Source: an uncultured Anaerolineales bacterium (GTDB lineage: Bacteria > Chloroflexota > Anaerolineae > Anaerolineales > UBA11858). Taken from it: a stretch of 64,000 bases of DNA. The notes under the pieces are model-generated. The model did not search any database. It was given only the letters and a program-made list of their open reading frames with translations, and had not been told where the DNA came from. Of this stretch, positions 1-8,306 are shown one piece after another (positions within the stretch are counted from its first letter, which is position 1; the number at the start of each line of letters is the position of its first letter). A program made the translations under genes and the position numbers. The stretch lies in assembly GCA_964406305.1 (NCBI GenBank), contig CAYORF010000003.1, positions 1,583-65,582 on the forward strand, read 5' to 3'.

Positions 1-826
1 ATCCGCCGATCAACCTGGCTCCCTCATTCCAAACCTTTACCGCATAATCTGCCATTATTTCTGGTGAACCATTGTAGACAACTTCTGTTCCTGCAATTTC
101 TGGGATACCGGCATTGGCTTTAGCTATTAGTGGGAGTTCAGGATTGGTTGATTTAAATTCCCGGATGGCTTCGATCAACTTATCTGAACCTGTGCCGCAA
201 TTTGCCCCCAATAACTGGATTTCCTCCAGATGGAGAACCTTTGCGGCCTGTTCAGGGCTCACACCCATCATGGTCCGTCCGTGGGAGTCGAATGACATCG
301 TTGCTGCAATAGGTAGATCACTCAATGACCGAATACCGGCGATAGCGGCCTTGACTTCTTCTAGATCGCTCATGGTTTCGATCCAGAACATATCCACACC
401 GCCAGCGGCCAACCCACCAGCTTGGGCTGCAAAAGACTTGCGGGCCTCTTCCTTGGTTAATGTTCCAAGAGGTTCGAGTAGTTGGCCAGTAGGGCCGATC
501 GATCCGGCCACAACCACCGTCTGTTCAACGGCATCAGCTTCAGCACGGGCATTCTTCGCGGCAGCTTCGTTCAGTTCGTGGACTCGTTCGGCCAACCCGT
601 GGCTCTCCAGACGAACAGCCGATCCTCCGAAAGTATTGGTCAGGATGACCTGGGAACCGGCTTCAATATAGGCGTGGTGGATAGCCCGTACTTTTTCCGG
701 ATGAAGGACATTCCATTCTTCAGGTGAATTGCCCGAATCCAATCCGGCAGCGAACAACATAGTGCCCATGGCGCCATCTAATAGGATCGGTTTTCCTGAT
801 TGAAGTAAAGCAGCGAGTTTATTCAT
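1..826 (-). CDS. Homocysteine S-methyltransferase domain protein (MetH N-terminal / MmuM-like), C-terminal end cut by the window edge
   Basis: My own reverse-strand translation starts at the ATG (rc of 824-826): MNKLAALLQSGKPILLDGAMGTMLFAAGLD...VILTNTFGGS...GANCGTGS. It stays open to position 1, and it is absent from the ORF track because it runs off the window. Plus-strand ORFs 114-671 and 482-727 are antisense artefacts. Confidence 0.8.
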   Translation of the reverse strand, partial: MNKLAALLQSGKPILLDGAMGTMLFAAGLDSGNSPEEWNVLHPEKVRAIHHAYIEAGSQVILTNTFGGSAVRLESHGLAERVHELNEAAAKNARAEADAVEQTVVVAGSIGPTGQLLEPLGTLTKEEARKSFAAQAGGLAAGGVDMFWIETMSDLEEVKAAIAGIRSLSDLPIAATMSFDSHGRTMMGVSPEQAAKVLHLEEIQLLGANCGTGSDKLIEAIREFKSTNPELPLIAKANAGIPEIAGTEVVYNGSPEIMADYAVKVWNEGARLIGG

Positions 827-868
827 GAGTTTTCCTGGTAATGATTTTTTTAAAGTAGTATAACGTAA

Positions 869-1278
869 TTCCCAGGTCAGCTTATAAGCCGCATTCTGTC
901 TGACGTATATCTGGTTTACACCCCGGAGGGCTTCTTCCCTTTAATACACTGAGGTGATCATCTGTCTGGGGCGCACTTCTCAGCGCGCCTCGGTGCAGCC
1001 TACCTGGAATTCAAAGGAGACGAGCAGCCTCCCCTCCCGAAGGAGATCATCCCTGTTTGGCCTTGCTCCTGATGGGGGTTGCCCGGCTGCAGGCATTACT
1101 GCCTGCACCGGTGGTCTCTTACACCACCATTTCACCCTTACTCCCGGAGGAGCGGTTTGTTTCTGTGGCCCGATCCGGCAGATCTCTCCGCCCCGGACGT
1201 TATCCGGCATCACGCTCGATGGAGTGCGGACTTTCCTCACCCCCCGAGGGGGGCGCAACCACCTGGCTGACCTGGGGA
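869..1278 (-). ncRNA. rnpB: RNase P RNA, bacterial type A
   Basis: The reverse strand carries the universal RNase P motifs GAGGAAAGUCCGCACUCC (rc of 1221-1238), ACAGAAACAAACCGC, AAGGGUGAAAUGGUGGUGUAAGAG (rc of 1116-1140) and ACAGAAUGCGGCUUAUAAG (rc of about 881-899). The 5' CCCAGGUCAGC (rc 1266-1276) pairs with the 3' GCUGACCUGGG (rc 871-881) to form P1. End coordinates are accurate to a few nt. Confidence 0.9.
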
Positions 1279-1306
1279 CTTCATCATAACATGTTTGAGA
1301 ATTTTC

Positions 1307-1334
1307 TTGAAGGGAAGGGCAGGTGGTATATTAA
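1307..1334 (+). promoter_or_regulatory. Candidate sigma-70-type promoter upstream of rpsT
   Basis: TTGAAG (1307-1312), a 16-nt spacer, then TATTAA (1329-1334), about 95-115 nt upstream of the rpsT start. Confidence 0.3.
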
Positions 1335-1429
1335 TACCAAGAATAAGGAGGAATCCATTTTCCAGAATCATCAATGGGGTGGACAAATTGCTCTCAATAT
1401 CTTAAAATGTCCCTTCGAAACAGTAAGAA

Positions 1430-1717
1430 ATGATTGGAGGAATACCCTTGGGATTAAAATCATCACAAAAACGAGAAAGACAGAACGAAAAGAACCGGTT
1501 ACGGAACCGTTCATATAAGAGCAAAGCTCGCACTATGATCAGAAAAGCCTTTCTGGCTATGGAGGAAGGCAATTTGGATACCGCTAAAGTTGCTACCGCA
1601 GAAGCGATTCAATCTCTGGACAAAGCCGCTGCCAAAGGCGTCATTCATAAAAATAACGCTTCACGCAGAAAGAGCCGCCTCATGGCCCGCTTGGCGGTCA
1701 TGGAAAAAGCTGCCTAA
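1430..1717 (+). CDS. rpsT: 30S ribosomal protein S20
   Basis: The product contains ...KSSQKRERQNEKNRLRNRSYKSKARTMIRKA...KAAAKGVIHKNNASRRKSRL, typical of S20. The true start is probably the in-frame TTG at 1448, 7 nt after GGAGG (1436-1440), rather than the ATG at 1430. Confidence 0.9.
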   Translation: MIGGIPLGLKSSQKRERQNEKNRLRNRSYKSKARTMIRKAFLAMEEGNLDTAKVATAEAIQSLDKAAAKGVIHKNNASRRKSRLMARLAVMEKAA

Positions 1718-1741
1718 ATTTCCTTTTGGAAACATCAATCA

Positions 1742-1775
1742 GGGCTGCCCCAGTAATTTTGGACAGCCCTTTTTT
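1742..1775 (+). terminator. Intrinsic terminator after rpsT
   Basis: GGGCUGCCC (1742-1750) pairs with GGACAGCCC (1761-1769) with one mismatch, followed by a T6 run (1770-1775). Confidence 0.7.
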
Positions 1776-1962
1776 GATATCTTATATCTTAATAAGGGTG
1801 CGTGATCCTGAGGCTATTGGATTGTATTCTATTCTGTTACCTGCACGGGCCAAATCCATATAGGATCACGTTTTCTAAAAATAGTTTGACATAATATGTG
1901 CATGTTATAATCTCGGTGCAATACTTTAAATTCATTCCCTAACCAGTTATTCAGAGATTTGT

Positions 1963-3723
1963 ATGTTCCAGAAAGAAAAACAAGACCTAGAAGGACAGAT
2001 TCAAAATATCCTCCAGGAAACTGGCATTCCTGTCCCAGAAGACCTCGGTTGGGCCCCAATCCCTTTTTCAGGTGAATGGGGTATAGCGACTTCCTTCTTT
2101 AAGGTCGCTGCCCTGGAAGCTAAAAGTGGGAAAATAAAAAATGTGCCGCAGCGAGCTGAAGAGATCGCTGCCCTGGTTGCAGAGAAGATCACTCCCCAGT
2201 CATATTTCCCCCGAATCGACAATAAAGGCGGATACCTGAATTTATATTTTGATTCAGGTGTATTCAGCGCCCGGGTGATCGATAGTGTCATCCAGTCTGG
2301 CAATTTTGGGCAGGGTGAGGACAAGGATCAAACCTTAATGGTGGAGTTCTCGAACCTCAATACCCATAAAGCCTTTCATGTGGGACACCTGCGGAGTACG
2401 ATCCTGGGAGATGTGGTCAGCCGGATCCTGGATTTTGCCGGGTATAAGGTTATTCGGGTCAATTATTATGGCGACATGGGCCTGCATGTCATCAGGTGGC
2501 TCTGGAATTACCAAAAATTCCATCAGGGAGAGAGCCCTCCGGAAGATGCCACACAATGGATGGGCGAAATCTATGCGGAGGCCAGTCGGCGATTGGAAGA
2601 GAATCCTGAGCTAGAAAGTGAGATCAGGGACCTGTACGCGCGCTGGGATCGGCAGGACCCTGAATTGGTGGAATTATGGAAAAAAACTCGGAGCTGGTCT
2701 CTGAAAGGTTTTGAAGATCTTTATGAGATCCTGGATATTCACTACGATCGCTATTATTCCAATAGCGAAGTCGAGTTCCAGGGCAAAGAGATGGTTGAAG
2801 ACCTGATCGAGCGCGGCATTGCCCAAGACTTACGACCTGATGATGCTGTTATTGTGCGTATCGACGATCTGTTGGGATTGGAAAAGGAAAAGTATCGCGT
2901 CCTTGTCGTTCTCAGATCTGATGGAACAGCTTTATATGCCACTGAGGATCTGGCTCTGGCAAAACTTAAGCAAGAAGAATATCAGCCGGATCGATCCATC
3001 TATGTGGTTGATGTAAGACAGTCGCTGCATTTCCAGCAGGTTTGGAAAACTTTGGAAATTGCCGGTTATGATTGGGCTAAAAAGTGTGAACACCTGGCGT
3101 ACGAAGTTGTGAACCTGCCGGGTAATGTGGTTATGGCATCCCGTGAGGGAACAGTAGTAAGGCTTGAGGAATTGATCCGTGAGGCACAATCACGGGCTTA
3201 CGATGTAGTTCAAGAGAAGAACCCAGATCTCTCAGAGGATCAGAAACGGGATATCGCCCGAGCGGTTGGGCTGGGAGCTATCAAGTTCCCGATGGTGGAT
3301 CGCGAATCTACCCGCATTGTGACCTTTGATTGGGAGACAGCCCTTGATTTTAATGGCCAGGCCGCTCCCTATATTCAATATGCCCATGTTCGAGCCAATA
3401 GCATCCTAAAGAAAGCTCCTACCACTCCGATCGAGGTCAGAGAGCCTTGTTATTCCCTGGACTCCAGTGAGGTGACGTTAATAGAAAACCTGTCCCGGTT
3501 CCCTGCTGCTGTCCAAAATGCCGCGAGGGACCTTAAACCGCTCCACATCAGTCAGGCCTTGTATGATGTAGCCAAATCTTTCAACGCCTTTTACCGGGAA
3601 GCTCCGGTTCTGAATGCAGAGCCCGAAGTACGTGATTTCCGCTTACAGCTGGTTGAGGCATCCAGGAAGGTTCTAAAAACCGGATTGGATTTATTAGGGA
3701 TAGAAGCTCCCCGTGTGATGTGA
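1963..3723 (+). CDS. argS: Arginine--tRNA ligase
   Basis: 586 aa. It has the class I HIGH-type motif in AFHVGHLRST, an ArgRS-type anticodon-binding C-terminus and the characteristic terminal Met (...EAPRVM). Confidence 0.95.
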   Translation: MFQKEKQDLEGQIQNILQETGIPVPEDLGWAPIPFSGEWGIATSFFKVAALEAKSGKIKNVPQRAEEIAALVAEKITPQSYFPRIDNKGGYLNLYFDSGVFSARVIDSVIQSGNFGQGEDKDQTLMVEFSNLNTHKAFHVGHLRSTILGDVVSRILDFAGYKVIRVNYYGDMGLHVIRWLWNYQKFHQGESPPEDATQWMGEIYAEASRRLEENPELESEIRDLYARWDRQDPELVELWKKTRSWSLKGFEDLYEILDIHYDRYYSNSEVEFQGKEMVEDLIERGIAQDLRPDDAVIVRIDDLLGLEKEKYRVLVVLRSDGTALYATEDLALAKLKQEEYQPDRSIYVVDVRQSLHFQQVWKTLEIAGYDWAKKCEHLAYEVVNLPGNVVMASREGTVVRLEELIREAQSRAYDVVQEKNPDLSEDQKRDIARAVGLGAIKFPMVDRESTRIVTFDWETALDFNGQAAPYIQYAHVRANSILKKAPTTPIEVREPCYSLDSSEVTLIENLSRFPAAVQNAARDLKPLHISQALYDVAKSFNAFYREAPVLNAEPEVRDFRLQLVEASRKVLKTGLDLLGIEAPRVM

Positions 3724-3813
3724 TTTATTTTCAATAATTTTTCCATGGAGGGGCTCGTCAGGAAAAATCCTCTAAAGGTTAAACAAGTCAGGTAAAATAA
3801 ATACAAAAATTAG

Positions 3814-3854
3814 TACCCTGCGCAGTACTGAATAGGTTTCTATACCGCAGGGTA
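3814..3854. repeat. Perfect 9-bp inverted repeat in the AT-rich spacer between argS and the methyltransferase gene
   Basis: TACCCTGCG (3814-3822) and CGCAGGGTA (3846-3854) are separated by 23 nt. This could be the argS terminator stem (weak T tail ATCCTTTT) or an operator. Confidence 0.5.
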
Positions 3855-3900
3855 ATCCTTTTAAGAATAATGAATTTTCACAATAGTTGGTCATATTCTC

Positions 3901-5187
3901 ATGCCGAAATTAGAGTGGTCTTCAAAATCCGAAAAGCTGAAATCTGGCGGCGGTCTGGTCACTGAGTCCATTTTATATCCTGGACCAGAGGGAAAAGTCC
4001 CAGCCAACGCAGAAAACAGGTTGATCCTGGGAGATAATCTGCGGGTGATGAACGCCTTAATGGGGGAGTATGAAGGTAAGCTAGATCTTATTTATGTAGA
4101 TCCCCCTTTCTTTACGAACAAAGGTTACACTGCCCGGGTTGGACGAGGTGAAGATTCACGCAAACCGGAAGAATGGCAGCTGGCTGAGGGTTATGCGGAC
4201 CGATGGAAAGACCTAGATTCCTATCTGGATATGCTTTATCCCAGGCTGAAATTAATGCACCGCTTGTTGGCGCCAACGGGATCGCTCTACTTGCATCTTG
4301 ATTGGCATGCTAATTCCTATGCCAGGGTTCTGCTGGACGAGATCTTCGGCTATGAAAATTTCCGCAATGAGATCATCTGGACCTACCACGGTCCCTCACC
4401 TATCCGGACCGCATTTAATCGCAAACATGACACAATCCTGTTTTATACCAAAACAGACGATTATGTCTTTAACGTTGATGACGTTCGGATTCCCTATGCC
4501 TCTAATACCATAGAGACATTTAAGTCATCCAAAAAAGCTGGATTTGGTAAGGTGCCTGATCTAGAAAGAGGTAAAGTCCCTGAGGATTGGTGGTATTTTC
4601 CAGTGGTCGCCAGGCTGCATCAGGAAAGGACAGGATACCCAACCCAGAAACCGGAACGGCTGCTGGAAAGGATCATCCTGGCTTCGACCAACCCCGGTGG
4701 ATTAGTGGCAGATTTCTTCGGGGGATCGGGAACTACTGGTACTGTTGCAAATAGGCTGAACCGCCGCTTTATATTATCTGACCTGCAAAGTAGAGCGGTA
4801 ATCACTTCCCGGTCCAGGCTGGCGCTGAAAAACCGGGAATTAGGTGAAAATAGGGCGGGGAAGGAAAATTTCCTTTTACCGGTTTTTCTGCAGCGGGAAG
4901 AGGAGCGGAAAGAAGTTCCGGTGAAAAATCTGGAAGAAATGGGTTTCCCTGGAATCTGTATAGAAGATGGGATCATTCAGCTCCCACCTGAATTGATTTC
5001 TAATGTGGAATATTGGGAAGTAGATCCAGATTGGCAGGGAGAGATCTTCCACAGCCGCTATCAGGCTGTCAGGCCCTTGCGCAAGGGTGATTTGCCGTCC
5101 TCATTGATCTTGCCTGAAACGGGGGGAAAGGTTTGTGTACGGATTGTTCTGGTCAGTGGTGAGCAGATACAACAGGTTATTAATTAA
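3901..5187 (+). CDS. Beta-class N6-adenine/N4-cytosine DNA methyltransferase (N4/N6 MTase family) with a C-terminal extension of about 130 aa
   Basis: Catalytic motif IV DPPF (IYVDPPFFTN) precedes the AdoMet motif I FFGGSGTTG. That is the circularly permuted beta-class order. No endonuclease-like neighbour is present. Confidence 0.85.
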   Translation: MPKLEWSSKSEKLKSGGGLVTESILYPGPEGKVPANAENRLILGDNLRVMNALMGEYEGKLDLIYVDPPFFTNKGYTARVGRGEDSRKPEEWQLAEGYADRWKDLDSYLDMLYPRLKLMHRLLAPTGSLYLHLDWHANSYARVLLDEIFGYENFRNEIIWTYHGPSPIRTAFNRKHDTILFYTKTDDYVFNVDDVRIPYASNTIETFKSSKKAGFGKVPDLERGKVPEDWWYFPVVARLHQERTGYPTQKPERLLERIILASTNPGGLVADFFGGSGTTGTVANRLNRRFILSDLQSRAVITSRSRLALKNRELGENRAGKENFLLPVFLQREEERKEVPVKNLEEMGFPGICIEDGIIQLPPELISNVEYWEVDPDWQGEIFHSRYQAVRPLRKGDLPSSLILPETGGKVCVRIVLVSGEQIQQVIN

Positions 5188-5192
5188 TAAGA

Positions 5193-5209
5193 CCCCACCT
5201 AAAGTGGGG
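5193..5209. terminator. Short GC hairpin between convergent genes (possible bidirectional terminator)
   Basis: CCCCAC (5193-5198) pairs with GTGGGG (5204-5209) around a 5-nt loop. The flanking T/A tracts are weak. Confidence 0.35.
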
Positions 5210-5237
5210 CCGCATAAAACCTCTACTTATAATTATC

Positions 5238-5912
5238 CTAAAGATCGAACTTATAACCCTTGCCGCGCACAGTTACCAGCGAGGTTGGTTTTTTGGGATC
5301 TTTTTCAATGATCTTCCTGAGCCAGTTGATATGAACATCGAGGGAGCGTGTATCTTCGGTATAGTCCGTTTTCCAGATCTTGCTGAATAGGACTTCCCGT
5401 TTCAAAACCTCTCCCTTGTGCTTGATGAGCATCTTCAACAGCTCAACCATTCGGGGAGTGACATGCTCTTCTTTTTTATTGCAGCGGATTACCTGTCTCT
5501 CCAAATCCAATTTGATAGGACCTTCCTGGATGATGTTATTTCCATCACCGGGGGAAAATGGGACGATACGGTTTTCCAGTTTTCGAATCGTAAAGGGGTG
5601 AATTAGCTGGACTTCGGCTACGATCTCATTGGTGGGCAGGTTATCGGGTGTGTTGATCAAGATAATCGGGACTGTAGGATATTTGGCCTGCACGGATTTG
5701 CAGATCCGGGATCCAGTAGTGCGCATGGACGCAGCATCGACTACCATGATATCAGGTTTTTGTTTGGTTAATCTCAGGAGGGCATCTTTCCCGGTGCTGA
5801 CAAAAGTGACCTTATATCCTTTCGATTCTAGCTCAGGCACAAAAGATGGAATATCCGCTCTTCTCTTTCCAGCCCAGAGTATTCTAGTCTTTTGGTTGGG
5901 TTTTTCTGTCAT
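5238..5912 (-). CDS. OmpR/PhoB-family response regulator with a degenerate receiver domain
   Basis: The C-terminal winged helix is present (...LDVHINWLRKIIE...LVTVRGKGYKF). The receiver keeps the acceptor Asp (IMVVDAAS) and Thr (ILINT). The N-terminal acidic pair is GK (RILWAGKRR) and the conserved Lys is His (IHPF). Confidence 0.85.
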   Translation of the reverse strand: MTEKPNQKTRILWAGKRRADIPSFVPELESKGYKVTFVSTGKDALLRLTKQKPDIMVVDAASMRTTGSRICKSVQAKYPTVPIILINTPDNLPTNEIVAEVQLIHPFTIRKLENRIVPFSPGDGNNIIQEGPIKLDLERQVIRCNKKEEHVTPRMVELLKMLIKHKGEVLKREVLFSKIWKTDYTEDTRSLDVHINWLRKIIEKDPKKPTSLVTVRGKGYKFDL

Positions 5913-6181
5913 GAAGGTTTACCTGCAAGGAAATCAGCCATTTTGGGCGGGATAGTTTTGCCATTATATCGTGAAAGGTCAATATTAGCAAATACCAATT
6001 TGTTAAGGTTACAGATAGCTGATCTCACAACTACTAGAACATCGATCTTCCCTCTTCGTTACTCTATTCTATAGAAAACGGACTAAAAAAGAACCCTTCT
6101 TTTGACTTTGTAAACCAAGTGAAAGGTTAACTTGATGGTAGTGATACAATTTGTGATATCAACTATCAGAGAGCGGAAAAT

Positions 6182-7438
6182 ATGTTAATTCACTCTGCTT
6201 CACAAGTTCTAACTTTAGCCGGGGGACCCCAACGTGGTGATCGATTGGGTGATCTGGGCCTGATCCCGGATGGCGCGGTCCTTTTCAAAGGTGCGGATAT
6301 CCTGGATGTTGGACCCTCGGATGAGTTACTGAATAAGTATCCCAACGAAGAAAAACGGAATGCCGGCGGTCGAGTAGTTATGCCTGGTTTTGTCGATCCT
6401 CATACTCATGTCATCTGGGCAGGAGATCGATCAGGTGAATTCGAAAAACGCTTGGCAGGGGCAACTTACCTGGAAATCCTTGAAGGTGGTGGTGGAATAA
6501 TCTCAACCGTCCGGGCTACCAGGGAAGCAAGCCTGGAAGATCTTAAAGATCAGACCCGGGAACGGATCCAACGAATGTTTAAGTATGGCACAACCACGTT
6601 GGAGGCAAAATCGGGTTATGGATTGGATCAAGAGACCGAACATACTATGCTGCAGGCTTTATTGGAGTTGGATCAGGAAGAAGTTCCAGACATCGTGATC
6701 ACCTACCTGGGCGCTCACGCTGTCCCTCCGGAATATGCTGGAAATCCCGGCGGGTATGCGGACTTCCTATCTCAAGAGTTGATCCCAATATTGTCTGAAT
6801 GGTGGCCAACCAGAACGGAAAAATCACTTCCTTATGTTGACGTATTTTGTGAGCGGGGAGCTTTTGATCTATCACAGAGCCGCCAGATTTTGGAAGCAGC
6901 CAGGGAGCATGGGTTTCCTACCAAGATCCATGCCGATGAGTTTGAAAATCTGGGTGGTGCCAGCCTGGCTGCGGAGCTGGGCTCAGCATCGGCGGATCAC
7001 CTGGTGGTCACTTCTAAGGCAGACATCCAGGCTCTGGGAAAATCCGACACGGTAGCAGTTGCCTTACCTTGCACGCCTTTTGGTTTGGCTGAGCCGGACT
7101 ATACACCAGCCAAGGAAATCTTAAAAGCAGGCGGTTTATTGGCGATTGCCACCGATATCAATCCCGGTACAGCCTGGTGTGAGAGTATGCAATTTGCAGC
7201 AGCGCTGGCTTGCCGATATATGAAATTAACACCGAACCAGGCCATCGCAGCGGCCACGATCAATGCTGCCGCAGCAATTGGAATGGATGGGATTGTAGGA
7301 TCCCTAGAACCTGGAAAACAAGCAGATCTGCTCATTATGGATATTCCTGATTACCGGCATATCGGATATCGTTTTGGCACAAATCTGGTGGGTTCCGTGG
7401 TAAAAAAGGGTCAGTTTTACCTAGGAGAGGAGGCATAG
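6182..7438 (+). CDS. hutI: Imidazolonepropionase-like amidohydrolase
   Basis: Metal-binding motif GFVDPHTHVIW, plus KSGYGL, IHADE and DHL, match the HutI signature from memory. No other hut genes are adjacent, so the physiological substrate is uncertain. Confidence 0.7.
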   Translation: MLIHSASQVLTLAGGPQRGDRLGDLGLIPDGAVLFKGADILDVGPSDELLNKYPNEEKRNAGGRVVMPGFVDPHTHVIWAGDRSGEFEKRLAGATYLEILEGGGGIISTVRATREASLEDLKDQTRERIQRMFKYGTTTLEAKSGYGLDQETEHTMLQALLELDQEEVPDIVITYLGAHAVPPEYAGNPGGYADFLSQELIPILSEWWPTRTEKSLPYVDVFCERGAFDLSQSRQILEAAREHGFPTKIHADEFENLGGASLAAELGSASADHLVVTSKADIQALGKSDTVAVALPCTPFGLAEPDYTPAKEILKAGGLLAIATDINPGTAWCESMQFAAALACRYMKLTPNQAIAAATINAAAAIGMDGIVGSLEPGKQADLLIMDIPDYRHIGYRFGTNLVGSVVKKGQFYLGEEA

Positions 7439-7617
7439 TGGATTTTTTGGACAATTCACTTTTTGTTTGGATAGCTATCGCGGCCGTGGGTTTATTTGTC
7501 CTGCGTTTTATTCTAAAGGTAACCAAAAAAATACTCACCCTGGCCATTATGATTGGCCTGGCGGTGGCTGTCTATCTATTTATTACTCAATATGTGATGC
7601 CTGGAATTGGACTGTAG
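7438..7617 (+). CDS. Small hydrophobic protein (59 aa, two predicted TM helices)
   Basis: The GTG start overlaps the hutI TAG by 1 nt (TAGTG) and lies 5 nt after GGAGAGGAGG (7423-7432). My translation is VDFLDNSLFVWIAIAAVGLFVLRFILKVTKKILTLAIMIGLAVAVYLFITQYVMPGIGL*. It falls below the ORF-track length cut-off. Confidence 0.45.
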   Translation: MDFLDNSLFVWIAIAAVGLFVLRFILKVTKKILTLAIMIGLAVAVYLFITQYVMPGIGL

Positions 7618-7664
7618 TAATCGAAAATACAGGCTTATCAACGATCCTGATCTGGAGAACATTC

Positions 7665-8294
7665 ATGCCAACAATTGAACAAGCCCGGGCATATTACCAG
7701 GATGATGATCCGGTGCATGGTTTTTCGCATGTGTTAAGGGTATACCGTTTATGTGAAAAGATTGGGAAAGGAGAAGATGCTGATCTGAAGATCCTTAGAG
7801 CGGCAGCGCTGCTCCATGATGTTGAAGGTGATGTGGATGTGCGAAAGAACCATCACCTGGCAGCGGCTGATTTCGCTGAAAAGATCCTTATTAAGGAAGG
7901 CTGGCAGGAGGGTGAGATCCAGGCTGTGCTGCATTGCATCAGAGCTCATCGTTTTCGTAACCGGGAAGAAGAACCCAATACTTTGGAAGCGAAAGTCTTA
8001 TTTGATGCGGACAAAATTGATGCCATCGGAGCTGTAGGAATTGCCAGGGCGGTATCCTACGCCGTTCGGGCTGGAATGGATGTGTACGCTCCTCCATCGG
8101 AGCACTATCTTTCGACAGGGGAACTGGCGCCGGGAGAATCCCAATCGGTATCCCATGAATACCTCTTTAAATTACGCCACCTCAAGGACCGGATGTTTAC
8201 AAAAACAGGCCGCTCTATAGCTGAGAAGCGGCATGATCTGATGGTGATTTTTTTTGATGATTGGCTGGATGAGATTGGTGAATATGGAAGTTAG
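7665..8294 (+). CDS. HD-domain phosphohydrolase
   Basis: HGFSHVLRV...AALLHDV supplies the H...HD metal motif. I prefer the ATG at 7665 (GGAGA 8 nt upstream) over the track start at 7467, because the upstream extension overlaps the small membrane ORF and is not HD-like. Confidence 0.8.
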   Translation: MPTIEQARAYYQDDDPVHGFSHVLRVYRLCEKIGKGEDADLKILRAAALLHDVEGDVDVRKNHHLAAADFAEKILIKEGWQEGEIQAVLHCIRAHRFRNREEEPNTLEAKVLFDADKIDAIGAVGIARAVSYAVRAGMDVYAPPSEHYLSTGELAPGESQSVSHEYLFKLRHLKDRMFTKTGRSIAEKRHDLMVIFFDDWLDEIGEYGS

Positions 8295-8306
8295 TTCCCG
8301 CCATAT

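Noticed and set aside
114-727. Plus-strand ORFs 114-671 (185 aa) and 482-727 (81 aa)
   Set aside because: They lie antisense to a clearly recognisable homocysteine S-methyltransferase reading frame (minus strand, open to the window edge). Their products are low-complexity Ser/Ala/Pro-rich.
954-1518. Four overlapping ORF-track entries (954-1289+, 980-1258-, 1057-1518+, 1079-1270+) in a GC-rich patch
   Set aside because: The patch is the RNase P RNA gene on the minus strand, with all universal rnpB motifs and the P1 pairing present. The ORFs have Arg/Pro/Gly-rich nonsense composition typical of translated structured RNA.
3901-5912. Possible restriction-modification or other defence system around the DNA methyltransferase
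   Set aside because: I saw no ORF with nuclease-like motifs (PD-(D/E)xK, HNH), ATPase, helicase or specificity subunits next to it. The neighbours are argS and a response regulator, so I treat it as an orphan MTase.
7467-7664. N-terminal 66-codon extension of the HD-domain ORF as given in the ORF track (TTG start at 7467)
   Set aside because: The extension has odd composition (Cys/Trp/Gly-rich) and overlaps a better-supported small membrane ORF in another frame. The HD-domain homology begins at the ATG at 7665, which has its own SD.
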